Shown here one piece after another: positions 45,247 to 55,772 of a stretch of DNA of 58,178 nucleotides. Both the position numbers and the translations under genes were made by a program. The notes beneath the pieces are model-generated. The model was not told where the DNA came from, did no database searches, and saw only the letters and a list, made by a program, of their open reading frames with translations. How positions within the stretch are numbered: position 1 is the first letter of the stretch; each line of letters begins with the position of its first letter. The stretch is from Deltaproteobacteria bacterium (GTDB lineage: Bacteria; Desulfobacterota; Desulfomonilia; UBA1062). The DNA lies in the NCBI GenBank assembly GCA_022703355.1, contig JAKLDU010000004.1, forward strand, positions 1 to 58,178, given 5' to 3'.

Positions 45247-45873
45247 TTATGCCTGCTTCACGATAATGGATTCAACCACGTGGGCCACGTCTTCGCAGAT
45301 GTCGAGCACCGTCTCGGCGAACTGGTAGATCTCCTTCCACTTGACGAGGTAGATCGGGTCCGTCGCCGTTTCGAAGAGCTTGCCCAGGATCGCGTCACGC
45401 ATGTTGTCGCCGATGTTCTCGAGCCTGTTCACCTCGATGCAGGAGTCCAGGGCGGCCTGGGGGCGCTTCGTGTCCTTGAGGCTTTCGATGGCCACCGTGA
45501 GGGCCCGGACCGACTTGTCGATGACCTTGGCAAATTCCACGAGGTCCGCGTTGATTTCCTGAATCTTGTAGACACGCATGCGGTTGGTGATGGTGTAGAT
45601 CATGTCGATGACAGAGTCCAGCTCCTTGGTGAGCGTGAAGATGTCTTCCCGGTCGAACGGCGTGATGAAGGTCTTGTTGAGCCGCTCGATGATCTCGTGG
45701 GTGACCTCATCGGCCTGATGCTCCAGGCTGCGCATCTGCTTCACGGATTCTTCGTCATAGACCCCCTTGGAGGTGATTTCCAGGAACAGGTTGGCGGCCG
45801 CCACGGCCAGCTCGGCCTGCTTGCTGAACAATACGAAGAAATTCTCATCCTTGGGCAGAAAGCTGAAACCCAT
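45247..45873 (-). CDS. DUF47/TIGR00153 (PhoU-like) Pit-accessory protein
   Basis: ATG at 45873 after AAGGAGG. FFVLFSKQAE...HQADEVTHEI...PFDREDI...LENIGD pattern. Directly upstream of PiT. Confidence 0.85.
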   Translation of the reverse strand: MGFSFLPKDENFFVLFSKQAELAVAAANLFLEITSKGVYDEESVKQMRSLEHQADEVTHEIIERLNKTFITPFDREDIFTLTKELDSVIDMIYTITNRMRVYKIQEINADLVEFAKVIDKSVRALTVAIESLKDTKRPQAALDSCIEVNRLENIGDNMRDAILGKLFETATDPIYLVKWKEIYQFAETVLDICEDVAHVVESIIVKQA

Positions 45874-45900
45874 TGAGGCCTCCTTGAGCATGGATCCGAT

Positions 45901-45955
45901 CGTTAAGTTTCTGTTAAGACGTGTCATTCATAATAGGATTCTCCTGTTCCGTCAA
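45901..45955 (-). promoter_or_regulatory. putative promoter TTGACG-17-TATGAA followed by a Pho-box-like direct repeat CTTAACA-GAAA-CTTAACG
   Basis: Minus strand: TTGACG 45955-45950, TATGAA 45932-45927. Direct 7-nt repeats with 11-bp periodicity at 45918-45901, 28 nt before the DUF47 ATG. Confidence 0.3.
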
Positions 45956-46390
45956 GGAGAGATCTCGGGAGGCTCCCATATGGGGGCGGCAGAGCACGTG
46001 TGCCGAAGGCTTCCGTTCCGGGAGGGAGCAACCGCTCCGCCCGAGGCTTTAGGGATGGGCACCCGGGGCAGGGAGGGAGTTCGGGGAACGCCCTCGGCAA
46101 AGGGGATGGATCATGACAGTTATCGAGATTGCGCTGCCCGATGGCCGGGCCTTTCCTCGCATTTCGGGTGACAACTTTTCTGTTCGAAAAGTCGATTTCC
46201 GCAATATCATCTAAAATAGCTCATAATTGTCAGGAATACTTATGAGTCTCACGATTATTGCCGGCAGCCTTCCCTATCCAGACGACAGCCATACCGGAGC
46301 GTCCGTAACCATCCTTGTATTTTTCCACGGAAAGAGTATGAAGGCAGCAATTAACATCCTATTCCAGGGATCGGAGGAGAGAAGAATCAG

Positions 46391-46933
46391 ATGCAGGTAA
46401 AGTTGATCGCTACGGCAGCACTTCTGTTCCTGGCACTATCCCTCGCGGGCACCGGATGCGCTCCGAAGAGCCCCGCAGGTCAGACCACGGAGACCACGGC
46501 GGCCGGGCAGCCGGCGGCAGGGTCAGCGGCCCAGTCGGCACCGGGCCAGGAAGGCGCACAGGCGTCCCCGCAGGCTGCATCGCAGGCACAGGACGCGGCG
46601 GGATTCGATAAAGTGGTTTACTTCGACTACGACAGCTCCGAGCTCGGCCCCGAATCGACCCGGATGCTCGACACCCTCGTGGGTTTCCTGAAGGCGAACC
46701 CCGGACTCAAGGTCCAGGTGGCAGGCAACTGCGACGAAAGGGGCACCACCGAGTACAACCTGGCGCTCGGCGACAGGAGGGCAAAGGTTGCCAGGGACTA
46801 CTGCGTGGACAAGGGCATCGATGAGCAGAGGGTGTCCACCGTGTCCTACGGCGAAGAGAAGCCCGTGGACCCGGCCAGCACCGAAGAGGCCTGGGCGAAG
46901 AACAGGAGAGATGACTTCCTGTTCGGCAAATAA
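46391..46933 (+). CDS. pal: peptidoglycan-associated lipoprotein
   Basis: Lipobox LSLAGTGC, a Pro/Ala/Gln-rich linker, then VYFDYDSSEL...GNCDERGTTEYNLALGDRRA...NRRD (OmpA_C). Confidence 0.85.
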   Translation: MQVKLIATAALLFLALSLAGTGCAPKSPAGQTTETTAAGQPAAGSAAQSAPGQEGAQASPQAASQAQDAAGFDKVVYFDYDSSELGPESTRMLDTLVGFLKANPGLKVQVAGNCDERGTTEYNLALGDRRAKVARDYCVDKGIDEQRVSTVSYGEEKPVDPASTEEAWAKNRRDDFLFGK

Positions 46934-47016
46934 TGGCCTGATAATTTTGTTGATGATTTCGGCGATATTATCTGCTATGAAAAAACTGGGCAGAAATAAA
47001 TAAAGTATAGGAGATA

Positions 47017-47277
47017 ATGAAGATGAAGAAGAGCTTTTTAACGGTTTGCATTGTGGTTTTGGCGTTTGGGTTGATGTTCTCTCTTTCCAGCTGCCAGAAG
47101 AAGGCAGAAGACACAGGAGCAGCACCTGGCGTAACAGAGACCACAGGCGCAGCACCCGCTCCTGAGGCAGCACCGGCCCCTGAGGCGGTCCCGGCTCCCG
47201 AGGCAGCTCCGGCTCCTGAGGCAGCTCCGGCTCCGGCTCCGACCGGCACCGAGGTTCCTGAACCGCCCAAGCAGTAG
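47017..47277 (+). CDS. small lipoprotein with Pro/Ala/Glu hexapeptide repeats
   Basis: MKMKKSFLTVCIVVLAFGLMFSLSSC lipobox, then (A/V)APAPE repeated about 4.5 times. Confidence 0.7.
   Translation: MKMKKSFLTVCIVVLAFGLMFSLSSCQKKAEDTGAAPGVTETTGAAPAPEAAPAPEAVPAPEAAPAPEAAPAPAPTGTEVPEPPKQ
47149..47241 (+). repeat. 18-bp in-frame tandem repeat encoding AAPAPE units
   Basis: GCAGCACCCGCTCCTGAG-type units repeated with synonymous and near-synonymous variation inside 47017..47277. Confidence 0.8.
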
Positions 47278-47303
47278 TTCACGTTTATTTGGGGAAGTTG
47301 GGA

Positions 47304-47340
47304 GGGTGTCAGCGTCAGCTGACACCCTTTCCTTTTCTCC
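47304..47340 (+). terminator. rho-independent terminator
   Basis: GGGTGTCAGC (47304-13), loop GTCA, GCTGACACCC (47318-27), then TTTCCTTTTCTCC. Lies 27 nt after the lipoprotein stop. Confidence 0.7.
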
Positions 47341-47568
47341 CTTCCCCGGTCAACCTCCGTTCGAAACCCATCCTTCCCTGCTGGGCCGACATCGCCGGGC
47401 GCATGCCTTCGACCGGGCGGGGCGATGAATTCCCGGAATAAAGCGCACGGTCGCCTTCAAGGGGCATCCCTGCACCGCCGGCCGCCATCCCTGCCTGGAA
47501 ACGCCCATCGGGGGCTTTGCCCATATCAGCCCTGCGGCTCCAGGAAACGTGCCAGGCGCCCTGAGCGT

Positions 47569-47596
47569 TTGCAAATCCCCGGGCCCGTACTATAAT
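47569..47596 (+). promoter_or_regulatory. sigma70-like promoter TTGCAA-16-TATAAT
   Basis: TTGCAA 47569-74 and TATAAT 47591-96, ~85 nt upstream of the yyaL-like ATG (SD GGAGGA). Confidence 0.5.
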
Positions 47597-47681
47597 AACC
47601 CCAATAAAGACCGTGACCACCGCAAATTGAGTCAAGGGGGAGCATGCTCGCCCAGGCACCCATACCGGGACGGAGGATTCG

Positions 47682-49757
47682 ATGAGCACGGGCAGGGCCA
47701 ACAGGCTGGCGTCGTCCATGAGCCCGTATCTCCTGCAGCATGCGGGAAACCCCGTGGAGTGGTTCCCCTGGGGCGACGAGGCCTTCGAGCAGGCCCGGAA
47801 GCAGGACAAGCCCATCTTCCTCTCCATCGGCTACTCCGCCTGCCACTGGTGTCATGTCATGGCCCGCGAGTGCTTCGAGGACGAGGAAGTCGCCGCGCTC
47901 ATGAACGAAACCTTCATCAGCGTCAAAGTGGACCGGGAAGAGCTCCCCCACATCGACCACGTCTACATGCGCGCCTGCCAGCTCATGACCGGCTCGGGGG
48001 GCTGGCCCCTCACCATCGTCATGACGCCCGGCAAGGAGCCGTTCTTTGCCGCCACCTACCTCCCGAAGCATGCGCGCTATGGCCTCAGAGGCATGATGGA
48101 GCTCATCCCCCTCATCGGGCATGCCTGGAAAACCACCAGGGGGGAGCTGGCGGGCATGGCCCGCAAGGTCTCCCGGGAGGCGGCCGTTGACATGCACCGC
48201 CAGGAGGGGGACGCGCTCGACCCCGAGATCGCCCGCGGCGTGTTTCAAGCCCTCTGCCGGGCATACCAGGCCGATACCGGGGGTTTCAGCCCTGCGCCCA
48301 AGTTCCCCACCCCTCACCACCTGATGTTTCTCCTCAGGTACCACCATTTCACCGGGGACGAACAGGCCCTGGCAATGGCGGAACAGACGCTCGGGGCCAT
48401 GAGGCGGGGCGGGATCTACGACCACGTCGGACACGGCTTTCACCGCTATGCGACGGACTCCTTGTGGCGCGTTCCCCATTTCGAGAAGATGCTCTACGAC
48501 CAGGCGCTCCTGGCTCTCGTGTACACGGAGGCCTTCCTCGTGACCTCGAAAAGCATCTACCGAAGCACCGCTTCCGGGACTCTCGAGTACGCCCTCAGGG
48601 AAATGAGGGAGGAGAACGGCCTCTTCTCCAGCGCCCTCGATGCGGATACCGAGGGCGAGGAAGGGGGGTCCTATCTGTGGACGATATCCGAGCTCCAGTC
48701 CCTTCTGGGCCCGGACGACTACCGGCTGCTCCCCCGCGTCTTTGCCGTGGAGCCCGGGGGGAACTTCCCTCAGCCCCCCGGCGGGTCAGAAAACATCCTC
48801 TTCATGAGGGAAGACATCCCGGATGCCGCCCGCGGGCTGGGGATGCCCGCCGAAGAGCTCGAGAAAGCCGTGGAGCGCATCTCCCGCATCCTCCTCGACG
48901 CGAGGGGCGGGAGGGTTGCCCCCTTCAAGGACGACAAGGCGCTCACCGACTGGAACGGGATGATAATCGCTGCCCTGGCGCGTGCGGGAGCCGCGTTCGG
49001 CGAGCCCCGGTACCTCGCCGCGGCAGAAGCTGCCGCGGGGTTCATCCTGGAGAACCTGCGCGACGGGCGAGGCAGGCTCCTCCACGCCTATCGCGCAGGG
49101 CGGGCGGACCACCCGGCCCTCCTGGACGACTACGCGTTCCTGGCCTGGGGCCTCATCGAGCTCTACCAGGCAACCTTGACGAAATCCTGGCTCGACCGGG
49201 CACTTGCGCTCGTGCACGAAAGCGTGGAGCTCTTCGAGGACCGGGAGAGGGGGGGGTTCTTCCTCACGCCCGCCGACCTGGAGGTGGTCATCGCCCGGCC
49301 CAGGGAACTCATGGACAATGCCGTGCCTTCGGGCAACTCGGTTGCCTTCTCCAACCTGCTCCGCCTGAGCCGCCTGACCGGCGACCCTCTGCTCGAGGAA
49401 AAAGCCCTCGGCATCGCTCGTGGTGCATCCGGCATGCTCAGGGCGTTCCCCGCGGGGTCGAGCTTCCTGGCCGCGGGTCTCCTGGTCGCGGCGCACCCGT
49501 CCCGGGAGGTGGTGATCGCCGGGGATGCGAAAGAGGAAGACGCCGCGTCCCTGCTCGGGGCATTCGGGAAACGATTCCTTCCCGAAGCCGTCGTCGCCCA
49601 TGCAACGAAAGGGGACGACATGAGCGCGCCCGTGATCGCCCGGGGCAAGGAGCCCGTGTCCGGTAAAGCCGCGGCATACGTCTGCCAGGGCCACACCTGC
49701 CTTCCCCCCGTCACCGGCCCGGCCGAGCTCCTGGAGGTCCTGTCCTCGCCCGCATGA
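47682..49757 (+). CDS. thioredoxin-domain protein of the DUF255/YyaL family (N-terminal Trx fold plus (alpha/alpha)6 barrel)
   Basis: SPYLLQHAGNPVEWFPWGDEAFEQARKQDKPIFLSIGYSACHWCHVM is the hallmark N-terminus. Confidence 0.88.
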   Translation: MSTGRANRLASSMSPYLLQHAGNPVEWFPWGDEAFEQARKQDKPIFLSIGYSACHWCHVMARECFEDEEVAALMNETFISVKVDREELPHIDHVYMRACQLMTGSGGWPLTIVMTPGKEPFFAATYLPKHARYGLRGMMELIPLIGHAWKTTRGELAGMARKVSREAAVDMHRQEGDALDPEIARGVFQALCRAYQADTGGFSPAPKFPTPHHLMFLLRYHHFTGDEQALAMAEQTLGAMRRGGIYDHVGHGFHRYATDSLWRVPHFEKMLYDQALLALVYTEAFLVTSKSIYRSTASGTLEYALREMREENGLFSSALDADTEGEEGGSYLWTISELQSLLGPDDYRLLPRVFAVEPGGNFPQPPGGSENILFMREDIPDAARGLGMPAEELEKAVERISRILLDARGGRVAPFKDDKALTDWNGMIIAALARAGAAFGEPRYLAAAEAAAGFILENLRDGRGRLLHAYRAGRADHPALLDDYAFLAWGLIELYQATLTKSWLDRALALVHESVELFEDRERGGFFLTPADLEVVIARPRELMDNAVPSGNSVAFSNLLRLSRLTGDPLLEEKALGIARGASGMLRAFPAGSSFLAAGLLVAAHPSREVVIAGDAKEEDAASLLGAFGKRFLPEAVVAHATKGDDMSAPVIARGKEPVSGKAAAYVCQGHTCLPPVTGPAELLEVLSSPA

Positions 49758-49803
49758 GGGGATCCCTGGATATTTCCGGGATTGCGCTTATTTTACCCCC
49801 TAT

Positions 49804-51315
49804 ATGATCGCAAGTGTCCATTCAGCGTATCTGTGGGGCACGGATGCTTTGAGTGTGGTGGTGGAGGCAGACGTACAGCTCGGCATGCCGGGCTTTTCCA
49901 TCGTGGGCCTCCCCGACAACGGGGTGAAGGAGAGCAAGGAGCGCATCCGCTCCGCCATAAAGAACTCGGGGTTCGAGTTCCCCCCGCGCCGGATCACGGT
50001 CAACCTCGCCCCGGCAGACCAGAAAAAGGAAGGGGGCATCTTCGACCTTCCCATCTGCGTGGCCATCCTCACTGCCCTGAACGTCATCCCCCGGGACCGG
50101 GTGGAAGACATCCTCTTCGTGGGCGAGCTCGGGCTCACCGGCGAGGTGAGGCCCGTGCGGGGGGCCATCTCGTCCGCTTCCCTGGCCAGGGCCAAGGGGT
50201 TCAGGGGAATCGTGTGCCCCGAAGCCAACACCCGGGAGGCATGCCTGTCCGGTGCGGACGTGTGGCCGGTGAGGGACCTCAAGGAGATCGTGGGGTTCCT
50301 GAGGAGCGCCCTCCCCGATCCTGCCGTCGAGACCGAGACTCAGAAAAGGCCCGGAAACGCCAGCGGCCCCGACCTGTCGGACATCGTGGGCCAGGAGCTT
50401 CCCAAGAGGGCCCTCGCCGTGGCTGCGGCAGGGGCGCACAACCTGCTTTTCGTGGGGCCCCCGGGGGCGGGCAAGTCCATGCTCGCCAGGAGGCTGCCAC
50501 CCCTCCTTCCCCCGCTGTCCCGTGAAGAAGTGCTGCAGTGTACCCGCATCTATTCAGCCGCGGGCAAGCTCGGGAAGAACTCCGTCATGAACGTCAGACC
50601 CTTCCGCGCCCCGCACCACACCATTTCGGACGCGGGGCTCACCGGCGGAGGCGCCTTCCCGAGCCCCGGTGAAGTTACCCTTTCCCACAACGGGGTGCTG
50701 TTTCTGGACGAACTCCCCGAGTTCAGGCGCCCGGTCCTCGAGAGCCTGCGTCAGCCCCTGGAGGACGGGTTCGTCACCATATCCCGGGCGCTGTCCTGTG
50801 TCACCTTTCCGGCCCGGTTCCAGCTCATCGGGGCCATGAACCCCTGCCCCTGCGGCTTTCTCGGCCATCCCTCGCGGGAATGCCGGTGCACGCCGGTACA
50901 GCTCGCCCGGTACCGGGGCCGCGTTTCCGGCCCGCTGCTGGACCGGATCGACCTGCACGTGTGGGTGGACCCGGTGGATGCCTCGAGCATCCTGAGCCCC
51001 GGGCATTCCCCCTCTTCAGCGCGCATAAAAGACCTCATCACGGCCGCGCGTGCCCTTCAGCAGGAGCGGGGGTGCCTCAACGCACGCATTCCCGACGGCG
51101 AGATGGAGCAGGCCTGCGGCATCGATGCATCGGGCAAGGTCCTGCTCCTCCATGCCATGAAGAGCTGCAACCTGAGCATGCGCGGCTTCAGGCGGGTGAT
51201 CAAGGTGGCACGCACCATAGCCGACCTCGAAGGCTCCCGCGCCATACGGCACGACCACCTGGCAGAGGCCCTCCAGTACCGTCCCGACGGGACGGCCCTG
51301 TCTCTGACCGGTTAG
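49804..51315 (+). CDS. comM: YifB/ComM-family Mg-chelatase-like AAA+ ATPase
   Basis: N-terminal Lon-like domain (ITVNLAPADQKKEGGIFDLPI). Walker A GPPGAGKS. NGVLFLDELPEF. C-terminal ChlI-like region. Confidence 0.9.
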   Translation: MIASVHSAYLWGTDALSVVVEADVQLGMPGFSIVGLPDNGVKESKERIRSAIKNSGFEFPPRRITVNLAPADQKKEGGIFDLPICVAILTALNVIPRDRVEDILFVGELGLTGEVRPVRGAISSASLARAKGFRGIVCPEANTREACLSGADVWPVRDLKEIVGFLRSALPDPAVETETQKRPGNASGPDLSDIVGQELPKRALAVAAAGAHNLLFVGPPGAGKSMLARRLPPLLPPLSREEVLQCTRIYSAAGKLGKNSVMNVRPFRAPHHTISDAGLTGGGAFPSPGEVTLSHNGVLFLDELPEFRRPVLESLRQPLEDGFVTISRALSCVTFPARFQLIGAMNPCPCGFLGHPSRECRCTPVQLARYRGRVSGPLLDRIDLHVWVDPVDASSILSPGHSPSSARIKDLITAARALQQERGCLNARIPDGEMEQACGIDASGKVLLLHAMKSCNLSMRGFRRVIKVARTIADLEGSRAIRHDHLAEALQYRPDGTALSLTG

Positions 51316-51614
51316 CGTCCTTTCACCGGATGTTCCCCGTCAAGAAGACGGGGGAAGAAGCGGGAAAGCGAATCCGGGGACCGGGACATTCGTGAGAACG
51401 TCGAAGGGGGCCATGACGTGAATGCCCTTGTCCAAAGGACCTCGGAGATGTTCGCACACGCCGGGAAGAAGCCCGGGGTCCCCGGAAAGGCCCCCTGAAC
51501 GCGGAGGTGGACAAAGGGCCGGGTGAAGCGGGCGCTCCTCTCCCTTTGCCTGAATGCGTGAAAGGCCCTGCCGTCCGGCGGCCGGCAAGGGCTCGCGGAT
51601 CACCGGCCTTCGAA

Positions 51615-52556
51615 TCAGAGAAACAGCTCGCTCACTGATTCGTCGCGGTAGATCCTCTCGATGGCCTCGGCAAGAAGCGGGGCCACGCTCAGGACCGTGA
51701 TCTTCCCGCACTCGAGGGCCTCCCCGGCGAGCGGGATGGTGTCGGTGACCACGAGCTCTTCCAGCGGGGAGGCGTTGATCCTCTTTATTGCAGGGCCCGA
51801 GAGCACCGGGTGCGTGCAGCAGGCCAGAACTCTCTGAGCGCCGGCGTCCTTGAGGGCGACCGCGGCGTTGGTGAGCGTGCCCGCGGTGTCAACGATGTCG
51901 TCGATGAGCAGGCAGACCTTGCCCCTGACGTCGCCGATGATGTGCATGACGTCGGACTCGTTGGCCCGCTCGCGCTTCTTGTCGATGATGGCGAGGTCGG
52001 CCTTCAATGGCTTCGCATAGGCACGCGCCCTCTCCACGCCCCCCGCATCGGGGGAAACCACGCAGAGGTGGTCCATGAACCTGCCCTTGATGTAATTCAG
52101 GACCACCGGCTTGGCAAACAGGTTGTCCACCGGTGTGTCGAAGAAGCCCTGTATCTGCCCGGCGTGAAGGTCCATGGTCAGGACCCTGTCAGCCCCGGCG
52201 ACCGTCAGCAGGTCCGCCACGAGCTTGGCCGTGATGGGCGTGCGCGGCGAGGCCTTGCGGTCCTGGCGCGCATACCCGAAGTAGGGCACGACAGCGGTGA
52301 TGGTGTGCGCGGAGGCGCGCTTCACCGCGTCCAGCATGATGAGCAGCTCCATGAGCGTCTCGTTTGCGGGAGAACACGTGGACTGAACGATGTAGATGTC
52401 CTTGCCGCGGATACTCTGTCGAATGTCCACGGACGTCTCGCCGTCGGAGAATCTCTTTACTTCGGCGCTGCCCAGCTCTATCCCCAGAATGCTGCAAATG
52501 CTTTCAGCCAGAGGCCGGTTGGAATTTCCGGAAAATACAAAGATGCTCGTCTCCAT
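51615..52556 (-). CDS. prs: ribose-phosphate pyrophosphokinase
   Basis: [48 protein letters not shown]. Confidence 0.93.
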   Translation of the reverse strand: METSIFVFSGNSNRPLAESICSILGIELGSAEVKRFSDGETSVDIRQSIRGKDIYIVQSTCSPANETLMELLIMLDAVKRASAHTITAVVPYFGYARQDRKASPRTPITAKLVADLLTVAGADRVLTMDLHAGQIQGFFDTPVDNLFAKPVVLNYIKGRFMDHLCVVSPDAGGVERARAYAKPLKADLAIIDKKRERANESDVMHIIGDVRGKVCLLIDDIVDTAGTLTNAAVALKDAGAQRVLACCTHPVLSGPAIKRINASPLEELVVTDTIPLAGEALECGKITVLSVAPLLAEAIERIYRDESVSELFL

Positions 52557-52584
52557 GAACCGCGTTCTCCCTCGAATGCCATTT

Positions 52585-52658
52585 TGGCTGGGACGGGTGG
52601 ATTCGAACCACCATAACGAGATCCAAAATCTCGTGTCCTGCCATTAGACGACATCCCA
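52585..52658 (-). tRNA. tRNA-Gln (anticodon UUG), CCA encoded
   Basis: Hand-folded cloverleaf. Acceptor UGGGAUG/CGUCCCA (one G-U). D arm GUC(U)..(G)GAC. Anticodon stem CGAGA/UCUCG with loop UUUUGGA. T arm GGUGG-UUCGAAU-CCACC. Discriminator G plus CCA. 74 nt. Confidence 0.9.
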
Positions 52659-52708
52659 ATTTGTGAGACTCTGTTTTCTTGGTGCTCCGGGAATATCCTA
52701 TAGTAAAA

Positions 52709-52975
52709 TTACATCTCGCTGGCAATCTTTAGTTGATAGCTTTCCAGGATGGATCTCTCGATCTTGTCCCTCGTCTCCATGTTCAAAGGATGGGCGGTGT
52801 CCCTGAAAGTTCCATCCTTGCGCTTGCGGGAAGGCATGGCTACAAACAATCCCGATGTCCCATGAATCACCCTGAGGTCACGGATAACGAAGCAGTCATC
52901 AAAAACCACTGACGCATACGCCTTCAACTTGTCGTTATCCTTGACCGGATACACCTTTACCTCTGTGATCTCCAT
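52709..52975 (-). CDS. spoVG: SpoVG-family protein
   Basis: MEITEVKVYPVKDNDKLKAYASVVFDDCFVIRDLRVIHGTSGLFVAMPSRK matches SpoVG nearly motif for motif. Confidence 0.92.
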   Translation of the reverse strand: MEITEVKVYPVKDNDKLKAYASVVFDDCFVIRDLRVIHGTSGLFVAMPSRKRKDGTFRDTAHPLNMETRDKIERSILESYQLKIASEM

Positions 52976-53818
52976 TACTTACCCCCGTCAAACTTGTTGT
53001 GGGTATGTACCGATACCCCTCATGACGCCTTATCAGGCTCATTCCATTACACACGTGCTTTACATCCCTGAATACGCCAAAAACCGACGATCCACTCCCG
53101 GACATTAATGCCCCCAAAGCCCCGGCACACAGCAGGTCCTCCGTAATAGGCTCTATTTCAGGGCAAAGACCGAAAGCAGCTCTCTGTAAATCGTTCTGTA
53201 ATACCTGCTCCGGCACAATCACATTATCAAAAATACCGTCATCACTTCTAGACTTGTTATCATAAATAGTCAATGGAGACTTGAAATGAGAATATACGAG
53301 CGCGGTGGAAATTTCAAGGGGTGGCGCCACGATAAGGTAGTGCCTGTCTTCGAGAACAGCCTTCCCGAGGGGGATTTCTCCCCTGCCCCCCATGACGAAG
53401 GGCCCGCCCGGGATGAAGAACGGGCAGTCGGAGCCGAGCTGTGCCGCCATGCCCATGAGGTCTTCAGCGGTGAGCCCCGCGCCGAAGAGCTCATCGAGCC
53501 CCATGAGCACGGATGCGGCGTCGCTGCTGCCCCCGCCCAGGCCTGCGCCCACCGGTATGTTCTTGACGATTTCGATGGACACCCCCTGCCTGATACCGGT
53601 TTCCCGGAAAAAAAGCTCTGCCGCCCGGTAGCCCAGGTTCTGTCTTTCCCCGCAGCCCGAGCCCGGGGCCGTCAGTGATATCCCTTCGTTCCGGGGTTCC
53701 AGGGTGATCTCGTCGTAAAGCGACACCGGCGCCATGAGCGTGAGGAGTTCGTGAAAGCCGTCCGCCCTTTTTCCCAGGACCTTCAGAAACAGGTTGACCT
53801 TTGCCGGCGCCAGTATCT

Positions 53819-53822
<4 letters not shown>
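52935..53822 (-). CDS. ispE: 4-diphosphocytidyl-2-C-methyl-D-erythritol kinase
   Basis: APAKVNLFLKVLGKRADGFHEL and the GHMP motif IPVGAGLGGGSSDAA. GTG start in a GTGA overlap with the upstream htrA-like stop. Confidence 0.9.
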
Positions 53823-55330
<1,508 letters not shown>

Positions 55331-55333
55331 GAA

Positions 55334-55708
55334 TCACCCTTTCTGCGCCTGGACGAAAACCATGCGCAATTCGTAGAGAATGCCCTCCACCAGGGAGTCT
55401 TCCTCCCCGGTGAGATTTCCTTTCGTCTTGTCCCTGATGAGCGCGATGATGTCGATGTTCTGCTTGGCCACGGCCAGGTCCCGGGACACCTGCCCGGTGA
55501 GGGGGTCGGGCACGGCCCCCATGCCGATCATGGCCGCGCTGGCAAAGCTCATGATGAGGGTGGAAAAATCGATGGCGTCCCCATTCACCACCCCCCGGGA
55601 CAAAGCCTCGTCCAGGCGGCAGGGGGAATCGCTCCCGGCTTTCTTCCCGGGCTCCTCGGACCTGCCCCGCCTGTCCGTAAAGGTGTACTTCTTCTTTTCG
55701 TCCTCCAT
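55334..55708 (-). CDS. DUF1844-family protein
   Basis: IDFSTLIMSFASAAMIGMG...LAVAKQNIDIIALIRDKTKGNLTGEE...LYELRMVF is the DUF1844 pattern as I recall it. Confidence 0.7.
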   Translation of the reverse strand: MEDEKKKYTFTDRRGRSEEPGKKAGSDSPCRLDEALSRGVVNGDAIDFSTLIMSFASAAMIGMGAVPDPLTGQVSRDLAVAKQNIDIIALIRDKTKGNLTGEEDSLVEGILYELRMVFVQAQKG

Positions 55709-55772
55709 AAAACCTCCTGACCCCGACGACTGGCCGGGAAAACCCCCCAGGAAATCGGGCGACGGGCGTCCG

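Noticed and set aside
46241-46390. Possible small ORF (MSLTIIAGSLPYPDD...) in the AT-richer 517-bp spacer upstream of pal.
   Set aside because: It has no convincing SD, is under 60 codons and ends inside the pal SD region. It has no recognisable features. The region more likely holds the divergent promoters of pal and DUF47-PiT.
47149-47241. Short tandem repeats that could be mistaken for a CRISPR-like or VNTR array.
   Set aside because: The units are 18 bp and contiguous with no spacers. They are in frame within a lipoprotein ORF encoding AAPAPE, so this is a coding hexapeptide repeat, not CRISPR.
52585-52658. tRNA-Gln as an integration hotspot for a genomic island.
   Set aside because: I noticed no integrase, no direct repeat of the tRNA 3' end and no mobile genes on either side. 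The neighbours are the conserved ispE-spoVG-prs housekeeping set. The low-GC tract is reported separately as a compositional observation only.
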